Positions 20,548 through 31,000 of a stretch of 64,000 nt of DNA are shown piece by piece. Origin of the DNA: Bdellovibrionales bacterium. Its GTDB lineage: Bacteria; Bdellovibrionota; Bdellovibrionia; Bdellovibrionales; UBA1609. The stretch covers positions 774,238 through 838,237 of the forward strand of contig CBDBIB010000003.1 of NCBI GenBank assembly GCA_965205945.1, given 5' to 3'. The notes beneath the pieces were generated by a model. It was not told the DNA's origin. It saw only the letters and a list, made by a program, of their open reading frames with translations, and did no database searches. A program made the translations under genes and the position numbers. How positions within the stretch are numbered: the first letter of the stretch is position 1; each line of letters begins with the position of its first letter.

Positions 20548-21123
20548 ATGGCTTTATTAGAAGTTTTAAAATTTCCAGATTCAAGGCTAAGAAGACTTTC
20601 TAAGCCTGTTGTTAAGGTTACAGCTGAATTTAAAAAACTTGCTCAAGATATGCTTAAAACAATGAAGGAGCAAAAAGGAATTGGCCTAGCAGCTCCTCAA
20701 GTAAATAAGCTAATCCGTTTAATCCTTGTTGACACAAGATCTCAAAAAGATGGCCGATATGAGCCTTTAGAGATGACAGATTTAGAACAAAAAATCAAAC
20801 AACCTTTAAGTCTTTTTAACCCAGTGGTTACTAAATATGAAGGTGATACAACTTATGATGAAGGCTGTCTTTCTGTTCCTGGTTATTATGAAACCGTAAA
20901 GCGCTTTAAATATATTGAGGTTGAGGCTTTAGATTTAGAAGGTAACAAAATCAAGCTTAAAGTTGATGGACTTATAGCAATTTGTATTCAACATGAAATT
21001 GATCATTTAGATGGAAAACTTTTTATTGATCGTTTAAGCCTTTTAAAATCAAATAAGATTAAGAGTAAAATTAAAAAACATGGGTATCCCCAAAAAGAAG
21101 AGACTAAAGAGGATGAAGATTAA
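20548..21123 (+). CDS. def: Peptide deformylase
   Basis: GIGLAAPQ, EGCLS, QHEIDH. Confidence 0.97.
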   Translation: MALLEVLKFPDSRLRRLSKPVVKVTAEFKKLAQDMLKTMKEQKGIGLAAPQVNKLIRLILVDTRSQKDGRYEPLEMTDLEQKIKQPLSLFNPVVTKYEGDTTYDEGCLSVPGYYETVKRFKYIEVEALDLEGNKIKLKVDGLIAICIQHEIDHLDGKLFIDRLSLLKSNKIKSKIKKHGYPQKEETKEDED

Positions 21124-21128
21124 AGAGA

Positions 21129-22088
21129 ATGTTGGATAGAAAATATCGTATTCTTTTTATGGGAACTCCAGAGTTTGGATGTTTAACCCTTCAAGCATTA
21201 TCGATTGATCCACAAATAAAAATTGAGTTAGTGGTTAGTCAGCCGGATGCAAGGAGTGGCCGTAACATGAGGCTTACGGTTTCTCCTATTAAGCAAAAGG
21301 CTTTAGAGCTTGGATTAGAGGTGGAAACACCAAGTAAAGTTTCAACTCCTGAATTTATAGAGAAAATTAAATCTTTAAACTTAGATGCTACTTTGGTGCT
21401 GGCCTATGGAAAACTTTTAAAACAAGATTTGTTAAATATTTTACCAGGTAAATTTGTCAACATTCACGCAAGCCTTCTTCCAAGGTGGAGAGGAGCGGCA
21501 CCTATTCAAAGAGCTATAATGTCAGGAGATAAAGAAACAGGTTTATCCTTTCAAGTTATGCATTTAAAACTTGATTCAGGGCCTATAATTTTTAAAGAAA
21601 AAACTAAAATTCAGCCAGAAGAAAATTCCTTAGAACTTGCTAATAGATTGTCACTTTTATCATCAAAGCTAGTATGTGGTGTTCTTAAGGGTCATATCAA
21701 TAATAAATTTAGTCTTTTAAGGCAAGATGAATTAAAAGTTACTTATGCAAAGAAAATAGAAAAATCTGAAGGGCTGATTGATTGGACAAAAAAAGCTCAA
21801 GATTTGCATGATCATATTAGAGGACTTAAATGGGGACCAGGGGCCTATACCTATTATCAAGGAAAAAGGCTTAAAATTTCAGATACAAAAATTAAATTAA
21901 ATCAGAATTTTAAACAAGGTTATGTAGAGTCTATTCAAGAGACTGAATCTAAAGATTTAATTTTATGGATAGGAGTTGCCCAGGGTCTTTTAGGTATTAA
22001 GGTGGTTCAACCAGAGGGTAAGTCAGCTATGAAAATAAGAGATTTTATTAGTGGTTATGGCTTGACCAAAGGGCAAAGATTTTCTTAA
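21129..22088 (+). CDS. fmt: Methionyl-tRNA formyltransferase
   Basis: FMGTPEF, NIHASLLPRWRGAAPIQ. Confidence 0.97.
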   Translation: MLDRKYRILFMGTPEFGCLTLQALSIDPQIKIELVVSQPDARSGRNMRLTVSPIKQKALELGLEVETPSKVSTPEFIEKIKSLNLDATLVLAYGKLLKQDLLNILPGKFVNIHASLLPRWRGAAPIQRAIMSGDKETGLSFQVMHLKLDSGPIIFKEKTKIQPEENSLELANRLSLLSSKLVCGVLKGHINNKFSLLRQDELKVTYAKKIEKSEGLIDWTKKAQDLHDHIRGLKWGPGAYTYYQGKRLKISDTKIKLNQNFKQGYVESIQETESKDLILWIGVAQGLLGIKVVQPEGKSAMKIRDFISGYGLTKGQRFS

Positions 22089-22097
22089 GTCCTTTAT

Positions 22098-22766
22098 ATG
22101 AAAGAGAAACATAATAAAGAGGTCTTTTTAGTAGCGCCTAGTATGCTTTCTTGTGATTTTTCAAATATTAAACAAGAACTACAGGCAGTCGATGCTGCTG
22201 GAGCTGATATGATTCATTGGGATGTGATGGATGGACATTTTGTTCCAAATATTACGTTCGGAGCTCCTGTAATAGCAAAAACAAGAAAAGTTTCAAAGAA
22301 TATTTTTGACGTGCACTTAATGATTGATAATCCAGAAAAATATTTAAAAAATTTTATAGATGCTGGAGCTGATTCAATTACAGTACATATTGAATCTACA
22401 AAAAAAATTAAAGAGTGTTTTCAGATTTTAGATAAAGCAGGAGTTCAAAAAGGAATTACTTTAAAACCGAAAACAGACTTGTTAATTATTGAGCCTTATT
22501 TATCTAGAGTTGATATGGTCTTAGTAATGACTGTTGAGCCAGGTTTTGGTGGTCAAAGTTTTATGAAAGATCAGATTAAAAAAGTTAATAGGCTTTATGA
22601 TTTAAGACTAAAGAGCAATTATAAATATAAAATACAAATTGATGGAGGGATTAATGATAAAACAGCCCTTTTAGTTAAGAATGCTGATGTATTGGTTACA
22701 GGGAGTTTTGTTTTTAAAAATAATTATGTTAAAGCAATAGGAAAATTAAAGAATGCAAAAAAATGA
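22098..22766 (+). CDS. rpe: Ribulose-phosphate 3-epimerase
   Basis: HWDVMDGHFVPN, DVHLM, MTVEPGFGGQ, IDGG. Confidence 0.97.
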   Translation: MKEKHNKEVFLVAPSMLSCDFSNIKQELQAVDAAGADMIHWDVMDGHFVPNITFGAPVIAKTRKVSKNIFDVHLMIDNPEKYLKNFIDAGADSITVHIESTKKIKECFQILDKAGVQKGITLKPKTDLLIIEPYLSRVDMVLVMTVEPGFGGQSFMKDQIKKVNRLYDLRLKSNYKYKIQIDGGINDKTALLVKNADVLVTGSFVFKNNYVKAIGKLKNAKK

Positions 22767-24291
22767 GCTTAAACTTACAGGGCGGGATTTAACAATTGAT
22801 AGTGTGTGGAGAGTTTCTCAAAAAGAATATAAGATAAAGCTTTGTAGTGAAGCTAGAAAAAATGTTTTAGAGTCTAGAAAGTATATCCAAGGACGTATTA
22901 GCAAAGGTGAAACTATGTATGGTGTGAATACTGGGTTTGGTCATTTTTCAACTGTTGCTATTTCAAAAGAACAGCTTAGCAGGCTTCAGAAAAACTTGAT
23001 TAGATCTCATTCTTGTGGAGTTGGGAGCCCTTTCACACCTGAAGAAGTAAGAGCTATTATGATTTTAAGGGCGAATGCTTTATCGCGTGGGCATAGTGGC
23101 ATTAGGCCTGAGGTAATTGAAAAGATAATTGAATTTATTAACAACGATTTAACTCCCTACATTCCTTCTCAAGGGAGTGTAGGTGCTAGTGGTGATTTGG
23201 CACCATTGGCACATTTAGCACTTTGTATTATTGGTGAAGGTGATTTATGGGATGGTGTAAAGAAAATTAAAACAGCTGATAAGTTAAAAAAGTTAGGAAT
23301 TAAACCCTTGCAGCTTGAAGCAAAAGAAGGTCTTTCTATGATTAATGGTTGTCAAGTGATGACGGCAGTGGGGCTTTTAAACTGCTATAGATCAAAAAAA
23401 ATATTAGAGCTTTTTGATCTTGCAGGGGCGATGACATTAGAGGCCCTTAAGGGAGCAAGGGCGGCTTTTGATCCTTTGATCTTTGCAACTAGACCGCACC
23501 TAGGAGAAGCAAAAACTGCAAGAAATATGTTAAAACTTTTAGGTAAAACCTCTCCCATTGCAGAGTCACATTTAAATTGTGGTAGTGTTCAGGATGCTTA
23601 CTCACTTCGTTGTATTCCAGCGGTGCATGGAGCAACAAAAGATTCAGTTCAAAGAGTCATTCAGGTTTTAGAAGTTGAAGCAAATTCTTCAACAGATAAT
23701 CCACTAGTTTTTGCAAAAGAGGATAAAATTTTATCATGTGGAAACTTCCATGGAGAACCGGTGGCATTTCAATTAGATTATTTAGGAATTTGTTTAAGCG
23801 CTTTAGCAAGTATTTCTGAATGTAGGATTGAAAAGTTAATCAATCCATCTATGTCAGGGCTTCCTGCATTTTTAGCTCCAAATGGTGGCCTAAACTCTGG
23901 AATGATGATTGTTCAAGTCGCTGCAGCATCTTTAGTTAGTGAAAATAAAATATTAGCACATCCAGCATCAGTTGATAGCATTCCGACTTCTGCAGATAAA
24001 GAAGATCATGTGTCTATGGGAACAATTGCAGCTAGAAAGGCTAAGCAGATTTTAGAAAACACTGAAAATATTCTAGCTATGGAAATTTTATGTGCTACCC
24101 AAGGATTGGATTTATTAAAACCACTTAAGCCTAGCGGTATAATTTTAAAAGTCTTAGAGTTTATTAGAGAAAGAGTTCCCTTTGCTAAAGCCGATCGTGT
24201 TTTTGCAGAGGATATAAAAATTATCCGCTTAATGATTTCTAACAGAGAACTTAATACAATTCTTAAAGAGAATGTAACTTTAGAGGTTTAG
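22753..24291 (+). CDS. hutH: Histidine ammonia-lyase
   Basis: YGVNTGFG, GSVGASGDL (MIO), QDAYSLRC, EDHVSMG. Confidence 0.97.
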   Translation: MQKNELKLTGRDLTIDSVWRVSQKEYKIKLCSEARKNVLESRKYIQGRISKGETMYGVNTGFGHFSTVAISKEQLSRLQKNLIRSHSCGVGSPFTPEEVRAIMILRANALSRGHSGIRPEVIEKIIEFINNDLTPYIPSQGSVGASGDLAPLAHLALCIIGEGDLWDGVKKIKTADKLKKLGIKPLQLEAKEGLSMINGCQVMTAVGLLNCYRSKKILELFDLAGAMTLEALKGARAAFDPLIFATRPHLGEAKTARNMLKLLGKTSPIAESHLNCGSVQDAYSLRCIPAVHGATKDSVQRVIQVLEVEANSSTDNPLVFAKEDKILSCGNFHGEPVAFQLDYLGICLSALASISECRIEKLINPSMSGLPAFLAPNGGLNSGMMIVQVAAASLVSENKILAHPASVDSIPTSADKEDHVSMGTIAARKAKQILENTENILAMEILCATQGLDLLKPLKPSGIILKVLEFIRERVPFAKADRVFAEDIKIIRLMISNRELNTILKENVTLEV

Positions 24292-24300
24292 GAGATAGTA

Positions 24301-25947
24301 ATGAGAACAGTTAAAGCTCCACATGGTAGTAAATTAAACTGTAAAGACTGGCCACAAGAAGCTGTGTATAGAATGATTCAAAATAATTTAGACCAAGAGG
24401 TTGCTGAAATTCCTGAAGACTTAGTTGTTTATGGTGGTATTGGTAAAGCCGCACGTGACTGGTCATCATTTGATAAAATTTTAAAAACTTTAAAAACTTT
24501 AGAAAATCATGAAACTTTACTTGTGCAATCAGGTAAACCTATTGGAATTATTCAAACTCACAAAGAGGCTCCAAGAGTTCTTATTGCTAATTCAAATCTT
24601 GTTCCTAAATGGGCTACTTGGAAGCATTTTGATGAGTTAGATAAAAAAGGCTTAATGATGTATGGGCAAATGACTGCAGGGTCATGGATATACATAGGGT
24701 CTCAAGGAATTGTCCAAGGAACATATGAAACTTTTATGGAGGTTGGGCGTCAACATTTTGGTGGTAATTTAAAGAATAAACTTATAGTAACAGCAGGTCT
24801 TGGTGGAATGGGTGGGGCCCAACCACTTGCTGGCGTTTTTGCTGAAGCTATAGTTTTAGCTGTAGATATTGATAAAGAACGTATGCAAAAAAGAGTGGAG
24901 ACTAATTATTTAGATGAGATTGCTCCAAACATTGAATTAGCAATCAAAAGGATTAAAAAATATAAGGAAGAAGGTAAAGCTGTTAGCGTTGGTCTAAAAG
25001 GTAATATGGCTGAGGTCTTGCCTGAACTTTTAAAAAGAGGCTTAATGATTGATGTTTTAACAGATCAAACTTCAGCCCATGATCCTTTAAGAGGATATAT
25101 ACCATTAGGGTATTCTTTACAGGAAGCTTTTGTTTTAAGAGCATCAGATCCTGAAAAATATATTAGGCTTTCAAAAGATTCTATGAAAATACATGTAGAG
25201 GCTATGCTTGAGTATCAAAAAAAAGGGGCCATTACTTTTGACTATGGAAATAATATAAGAGCAATGGCTCAAGATGCAGGGCTAAAGAATGCTTTTGATA
25301 TTCCAGGCTTTGTCCCAGAATACATAAGGCCGCTTTTTTGTAAAGGAAGTGGGCCTTTTAGATGGGTGGCTTTATCAGGAGATCCTAAAGATATTTATAA
25401 AACAGATGAGGCTTTAAAGAAACTTTTTCCCGATAAACTAAGTCTTCATAAATGGTTGAATGCTGCTAGAGAACGGATTGCTTTTCAAGGGTTGCCGGCA
25501 AGAATTTGTTGGCTTGAGTATGGAGAACGTGAAAAAGCTGGTTTAATATTTAATGAAATGGTTAAAAGTGGTGAATTAAAAGCTCCAATCGTTATTGGGC
25601 GTGATCATTTAGACTGTGGGTCAGTAGCCTCTCCAAATAGAGAAACTGAGGCTATGAAAGATGGTTCAGATGCTGTTGGAGATTGGCCGATATTAAATGC
25701 GTTAACAAGTGTAGCAAGTGGTGCAACATGGGTTAGTTTTCATCAAGGTGGTGGTGTAGGTATGGGGTACTCTCTTCATGCAGGACAAGTTACAGTAGCT
25801 GATGGTACTGAGTGTGCTAAGAAATGTTTATCAAGAGTTTTAAATAATGATCCTGCAATGGGTTTATATAGACATATTGATGCGGGCTATGATGATGCAA
25901 AAGTCATAGCTAAAAAACGTGGTGCTCAAAGTTTATGGTTAGATTAG
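24301..25947 (+). CDS. hutU: Urocanate hydratase
   Basis: [32 protein letters not shown]. Confidence 0.97.
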   Translation: MRTVKAPHGSKLNCKDWPQEAVYRMIQNNLDQEVAEIPEDLVVYGGIGKAARDWSSFDKILKTLKTLENHETLLVQSGKPIGIIQTHKEAPRVLIANSNLVPKWATWKHFDELDKKGLMMYGQMTAGSWIYIGSQGIVQGTYETFMEVGRQHFGGNLKNKLIVTAGLGGMGGAQPLAGVFAEAIVLAVDIDKERMQKRVETNYLDEIAPNIELAIKRIKKYKEEGKAVSVGLKGNMAEVLPELLKRGLMIDVLTDQTSAHDPLRGYIPLGYSLQEAFVLRASDPEKYIRLSKDSMKIHVEAMLEYQKKGAITFDYGNNIRAMAQDAGLKNAFDIPGFVPEYIRPLFCKGSGPFRWVALSGDPKDIYKTDEALKKLFPDKLSLHKWLNAARERIAFQGLPARICWLEYGEREKAGLIFNEMVKSGELKAPIVIGRDHLDCGSVASPNRETEAMKDGSDAVGDWPILNALTSVASGATWVSFHQGGGVGMGYSLHAGQVTVADGTECAKKCLSRVLNNDPAMGLYRHIDAGYDDAKVIAKKRGAQSLWLD

Positions 25948-25950
25948 ATT

Positions 25951-27141
25951 ATGAAAATTTATAAAAATATTAAGACTCTTTATACATTTAAGGGTTTTTT
26001 TACAAAAGAAGGTATTAGACCTGTTGAGAAAGATTTTTCGCCCATTAAAGACGCTGCGATGGTTGTAAATAAAGGTTTTATTCAATGGGTGGGAAAAGAA
26101 AAAAATCTTCCTAAAACATATTCAGGAAAAGTTTATAATCTTAAAGGTCTTAACGTGTATCCTTCTTTTACAGAAAGTCATACACACTTAGTTTTTGGTG
26201 GAGATAGAAAAAAAGAGTTTGAAAAAAAAATAAATGGTGCCACGTATCAGGATATTCAAAAATTAGGTGGAGGCATTTTAAAAACTATAAAAGATACAAC
26301 AAAAATTTCATTAAAAGAATTGATTAAAATTTCTCAAAAAAGAGTAGATAGATTTAAAAAGCAAGGCGTAACTTTATTAGAAATAAAATCTGGATACGGA
26401 CAAAATTTTAAAATAGAATCTAAGCAATTAAAAGTAGCCTTTTCTTTAAAAAGTATTAAAATTAAACCCACATATTTAGCACTACATTCTTTTAAAGGAA
26501 ATAAACTAGAGTATGTATATCAAGTGGTAAATAAAGATCTACCAAAAATGTTAGAAAAATTTCCAAAACTTGATAGAGTGGATTTGTTTGTTGAAAAAGG
26601 GTTTTTTGATTTAAATGATTTAAAAATACTTTCAACAGCTGTTTTAAATAGTAAGTTAAGCTTTTGTGTTCATGCTGATCAATTAAGTTTTTCTAACGGC
26701 TCTTTAACGAGTGCAAAGTTTGGAGCTTTGTCTGTAGAGCATTCAGTTTATGTTAGAGATAGTGAAATTAAGAAGATGTCAAAATATAAAACAGTGGTTA
26801 ACCTTTTACCAACAGCTGATTTTTATTTAAATACAAAATACCCAAATGCTAGAAAAATTATTGATGAAGGAGTGAGAGTCTCTTTAGCAACAGATTATAA
26901 TCCAGGAAGCTCTCCAACACAGGATTTAAGTTTTGTTGGTGTACTTGCAAGACGTCAAATGAAGATGAGCTTAGCTGAAGTTTGGTGTGCTTATACAGTC
27001 AATGCTTCAAGAGCTCTTGGAATTTTTAATAAGGGAGCTTTAGTTAAAGGGCTTAATGCAGATTTTTTTACAAGTGATGCAGCGCCTGAAGATTTTTTTT
27101 ATGAAATAGGATTTCAACCTGTTGTTAAGGTTTATAATTAG
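25951..27141 (+). CDS. hutI: Imidazolonepropionase
   Basis: HTHLVFGG, EIKSGYG, HADQL, ATDYNPGSS. Confidence 0.93.
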   Translation: MKIYKNIKTLYTFKGFFTKEGIRPVEKDFSPIKDAAMVVNKGFIQWVGKEKNLPKTYSGKVYNLKGLNVYPSFTESHTHLVFGGDRKKEFEKKINGATYQDIQKLGGGILKTIKDTTKISLKELIKISQKRVDRFKKQGVTLLEIKSGYGQNFKIESKQLKVAFSLKSIKIKPTYLALHSFKGNKLEYVYQVVNKDLPKMLEKFPKLDRVDLFVEKGFFDLNDLKILSTAVLNSKLSFCVHADQLSFSNGSLTSAKFGALSVEHSVYVRDSEIKKMSKYKTVVNLLPTADFYLNTKYPNARKIIDEGVRVSLATDYNPGSSPTQDLSFVGVLARRQMKMSLAEVWCAYTVNASRALGIFNKGALVKGLNADFFTSDAAPEDFFYEIGFQPVVKVYN

Positions 27142-27193
27142 TTAAACTGCTTTAAAAGACGTCGTTTAACAGAGTCATATTTACCTCCTAATT

Positions 27194-27496
27194 TTAGGCT
27201 GATTCCAGCTTTACGTTATATTTTAATCCATTATTTTTTAAGCTATCCCTGAGAGCTAGTTCAATTAAACACTTCTCTGAATAACCTAAATTTTTAGCAA
27301 TTTGAGCAACCCTTTTGGGGGTTGAGATGCGTTTTCCAGTCTCAAGATCGTACAAGCTAGCTCTAGACATACCTAGCTTTTCTGCATATTTCTCTAAACT
27401 TATCTCATCGTATTCCCTAAAGTTTTTTAGAGTATTTCCAAAGGTCATTGGGCCTAATTCTTTTTCCCACTTTTTTAATAATCTATTAATATTCAT
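27194..27496 (-). CDS. XRE-family HTH antitoxin (HigA-like)
   Basis: LGPMTFG...YAEKLGMSRASLYDLETGKR HTH; lies downstream of a RelE/HigB-like gene. Confidence 0.85.
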   Translation of the reverse strand: MNINRLLKKWEKELGPMTFGNTLKNFREYDEISLEKYAEKLGMSRASLYDLETGKRISTPKRVAQIAKNLGYSEKCLIELALRDSLKNNGLKYNVKLESA

Positions 27497-27762
27497 GCTT
27501 ATTTACCTCCAAAATATGAATATGGACATTTTGGTCTATAGCCTCATAAATTAAGACGATAAGCCTTGTTGAGCCTAATTGACCCTTGCCCTTTTCTTTT
27601 GTCTTTCAGGGCTTCATCCCTATAGGTTCTAAGTTTTATTGCCTTACTGATACCCTCTTTGGTTACTGCAAATATCCAACCTCTGACCCTTTTTTTTATG
27701 CGTAGAGGCATTTTTTCTATCTGTTTTTCAAAAAGGCGACTGTATGTAATCTTTGTTTTCAC
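27486..27762 (-). pseudogene. HigB/RelE-family toxin inactivated by a 1-nt insertion
   Basis: GTG 27762 with AAGGAGG RBS; DEALK..RKGQGSIRLNKAYRL; removing one A at 27551-27552 restores IYEAIDQNVHIHILEVNKHEY*, overlapping the antitoxin start. Confidence 0.85.
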
Positions 27763-27778
27763 CTTAATTTCCTCCTTA

Positions 27779-27801
27779 TTGTAGGTCATTTTGACCTACA
27801 A
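27779..27801. promoter_or_regulatory. Palindromic operator of the toxin-antitoxin operon
   Basis: TTGTAGGTCA-TTT-TGACCTACAA perfect 10-bp inverted repeat just upstream of the toxin RBS. Confidence 0.7.
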
Positions 27802-27826
27802 TCTGCTTTTCTTTTTTCATGGAGCT

Positions 27827-27926
27827 TGTCCGTCCTGACACATAGTTTACAAAATATACCGGAGACATAGTTTGCACTTTCCTAGAAAGGAGGCACTTAA
27901 AATGGCCTGGAGGGAAAGAAGTAAAA
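27827..27926 (+). mobile_element. IS481-like left-end remnant (copy 1) fused to tRNA-fMet CCA end
   Basis: Starts TGT; two internal ACATAGTTT(A/G)CA repeats; AAAGGAGG then ATG GCC TGG AGG GAA AGA AGT AAA ATG (MAWRERSKM); near-identical to 39552-39625. Confidence 0.75.
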
Positions 27927-28003
<77 letters not shown>

Positions 28004-28091
28004 CCAGGAAAATGATAATTTATATTTTTAAAGCTTAGAGGGTCAAGTGTTCAAATGATATTAGGTAATATTATAGGCATCTAATCCTGTT

Positions 28092-31000
28092 CTAGCTTAA
28101 TAGATACTCAAAATCCTTTTTTGTAAGACCAGATTTGCCCTTAAAACTAGTTGAAATTATATCGTCAGTGTTTTCAACAAGAAGAAGATTAAAAGCTTCT
28201 TGCTTAGTATCTTTTAACATTTGAATTTTTTCTTCAATAGAGTTGCTCATTATGTATCTATAAACATGAACCGATTGTTTTTGACCTATTCTATGAACCC
28301 TATCTGTTCCTTGATTCTCAGCTGCAGGGTTCCACCATGGCTCAACATGTATGATGTAGTTAGCCTTAGTTAGATTTAAACCAACACCACCTGTTTTAAG
28401 TGTCATTACTAAAGCTTTATGACCTTCTTTATTAAATTCATTTAGAGTTTTTTCACGTTTTTTTTGAGAATCTTTACCTGTAATAGATAAAACGTTTAGA
28501 TTTTTTTTCTTTAATTCTTTTTTAATATTATCTAGGGTTAAAATAAAGTTTGTAAAGATTAAAACACTTTTATTCGAGGTTAAAAGTTCTTCAACCCTTT
28601 CAATGACCATAGATAGTTTGGGGCTTAATACTTTATAGTTACTTTCCACTATAATATCAGGGCAGGAGCAAACCTGTCTTAATTTCATAAGTGCTGCAAA
28701 CATTTGAATTTGAGATTTAGATTCACCTTGTTCTACTAAAAGTTTTTGAACCTTAGAATTCCAAGAGAGAGCCACATTTTTATAAATTTCTTTTTGTTGA
28801 TCATCAAAATCAATTTTTACAATAGATTCAGTTTTATCTGGGAGTTCTTTTAAAACTTCATCCTTAGTTCTTCTTAGTATTAGAGGTTTTGATTTAAGCT
28901 TTAAATAATCTATTTCTCTCTTACTTACAGATCCTGTATTTATTTTTCTAGGGCCATAAATTTTTATAAAATTAGAGTATTCACCTAAAGCTCCTGGAAC
29001 GGATAAGTCTATTAATGAATAAAATTCACCATAATGATTCTCCATAGGAGTGCCTGAAAGGCAAATTTTTACCTTTGCATTTATATTTCTTGCTGATTGA
29101 GAACGCAGAGATTTAATATTTTTTAATTGTTGAGCTTCATCAAAAACAATTACATCCCAGTCTTTACTTTGAAAGACTTTCTGGTGTTCTGTTAACAAAC
29201 CATAGGTTACTAAAATTATACCTTTGTTGATCATTTTAAATTCATTTTGAAGATTATTTTTATATACAAAAATATTTAAATTAGGTGTGAATTTTTTAGT
29301 TTCACTCTTCCAGTTATGAATAAGCGAAGTGGGTACAACAATTAAATGTAATCTTTTTTGATCTAAATTGTTTAAATGATTTAGAAATGATAAGATTTGG
29401 ATTGTTTTTCCTAGACCCATATCATCGGCTAAAACCCCCCCTAAACCTATTCGGTATAATTGTATAAGCCATGACACGCCTTTTTCTTGAAAAGCCTTAA
29501 GTTTGCCTTTAAAGTTCTCGTCTAATATGCTGGTCTTTGTTTCAAGAAAATCATACTCTTTTGCAATAGCTTCCCATCTCTCACTACCTTTAACAGGAAT
29601 ATCTGTTTGTCTCAAAGCTAAAATATCTAATATATGTGATCTATAAAATTGTGGATCTTTATTTTTTAATTCGTCACTTGTTAAAGATTTTTTATTATTT
29701 AAAGAAATTTTATCCCAGAAATGATTTAGCCATGTTACAATAGGCACTTCTTTTTCAGGAATAAAATACAGTTGATCATTATGTTGTACTACAGTGTTAG
29801 TTTTAAAAACCTTTGCTTCTTCTTCTGTAATTTCAACACCATCAAAGTAATATTTAGGGTTAAGTTCAAACCAATCTATTTTTTTATTTTCTTCAGACTT
29901 TTCTAAAACCTTGATCTCAGCCTTTAAAATATCCTTTTGCATCACTTTAATTTTTTTTTGATTAATAATACAATTGTTTTTATCTATGAAACTGCCAATA
30001 TTTAGTGGGCAAGGGCTGTTTAGCTCTATACTTAAACCTTCTTTAATACTTTGTTTTGGGTTTATTTCAAAATTTTGAAAATTATCTAAACTAAATATTT
30101 TATTTTTATAATACCTTAGAAAATTTTTTATTAAGGGCTCAATAAAATCAAAAACATTTTTTTGAGAAGAGGTTGTTGTTATTTCAGATTCTAAGACTTG
30201 TAGAATCTCATAGTTTGTTTTTTCAAATAAATCATGAATACATTCATCTACATATTGTATAAAAAAACTAGATACCACCTTAGAAACATTAGTTGCCTCA
30301 GTATAAGTTAATTTTAAGATTACTTTATCTAATTTGGCCCAAAGCTTAGTTTTATTAAGCTTAGATTTTTCTTTTGCAGCTGCAATAACTTCTATTAATA
30401 TTAAAGAAAAAAACCCAGAACTTTTTAGGAGTTTTAATTCTGAAAGTCTTTTGTCTCCTTTTACAGCAATATTTGCAGCGTCTTTTTGAAGGTATGCGGC
30501 AAGGCCTCCTTTAAGTCCTAAAAGAATTTTTAATATTCTAGTTATGAAATACGAGTCTGGGTCCAAAGATATATTTGGATATTTTAATTCAACTTTTGAA
30601 GATTCAATATTTGAAAAAATTAAATTTAATTTATCTGAATCTACAGTTTTCATATTTAAATTATGTGATATCTTTACAGGGAGTAATTCTTTAAGTTTTT
30701 TTATTTTTTCAATAGGTCTTTGATAAAAAGAATCATTATATGAAATCGTTTTTTTTAAAGAATCTTTTGAAACATCAAAAGAAAGTGATTTGAGTTGAAA
30801 TTTTAAATGATCTGCTGAAAATAAATCTTTAATATTTTCTCTGATCTCATCTTCTTTTGTAATAAAAAGCTCATTGCTTTCTTTTATATGGAATACTGAA
30901 TCCATCATTCTAACTTTTGTTAAATCAATAGTATAATTCAAATTTAAAGAGAGTATGCTGTTGGATAAACTTAAGTTAGCATCATCAAATAAGACATCTT

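Noticed and set aside
27544..27789. Track ORF as an intact 81-aa toxin
   Set aside because: Its ATG lies in the operator palindrome; the real start is GTG 27762 and the C-terminus is frameshifted.
27827..27876. ACATAGTTT(A/G)CA direct repeats as a CRISPR array
   Set aside because: Only two short units with near-identical intervening sequence at both loci and no cas genes; better explained as transposase-binding repeats.
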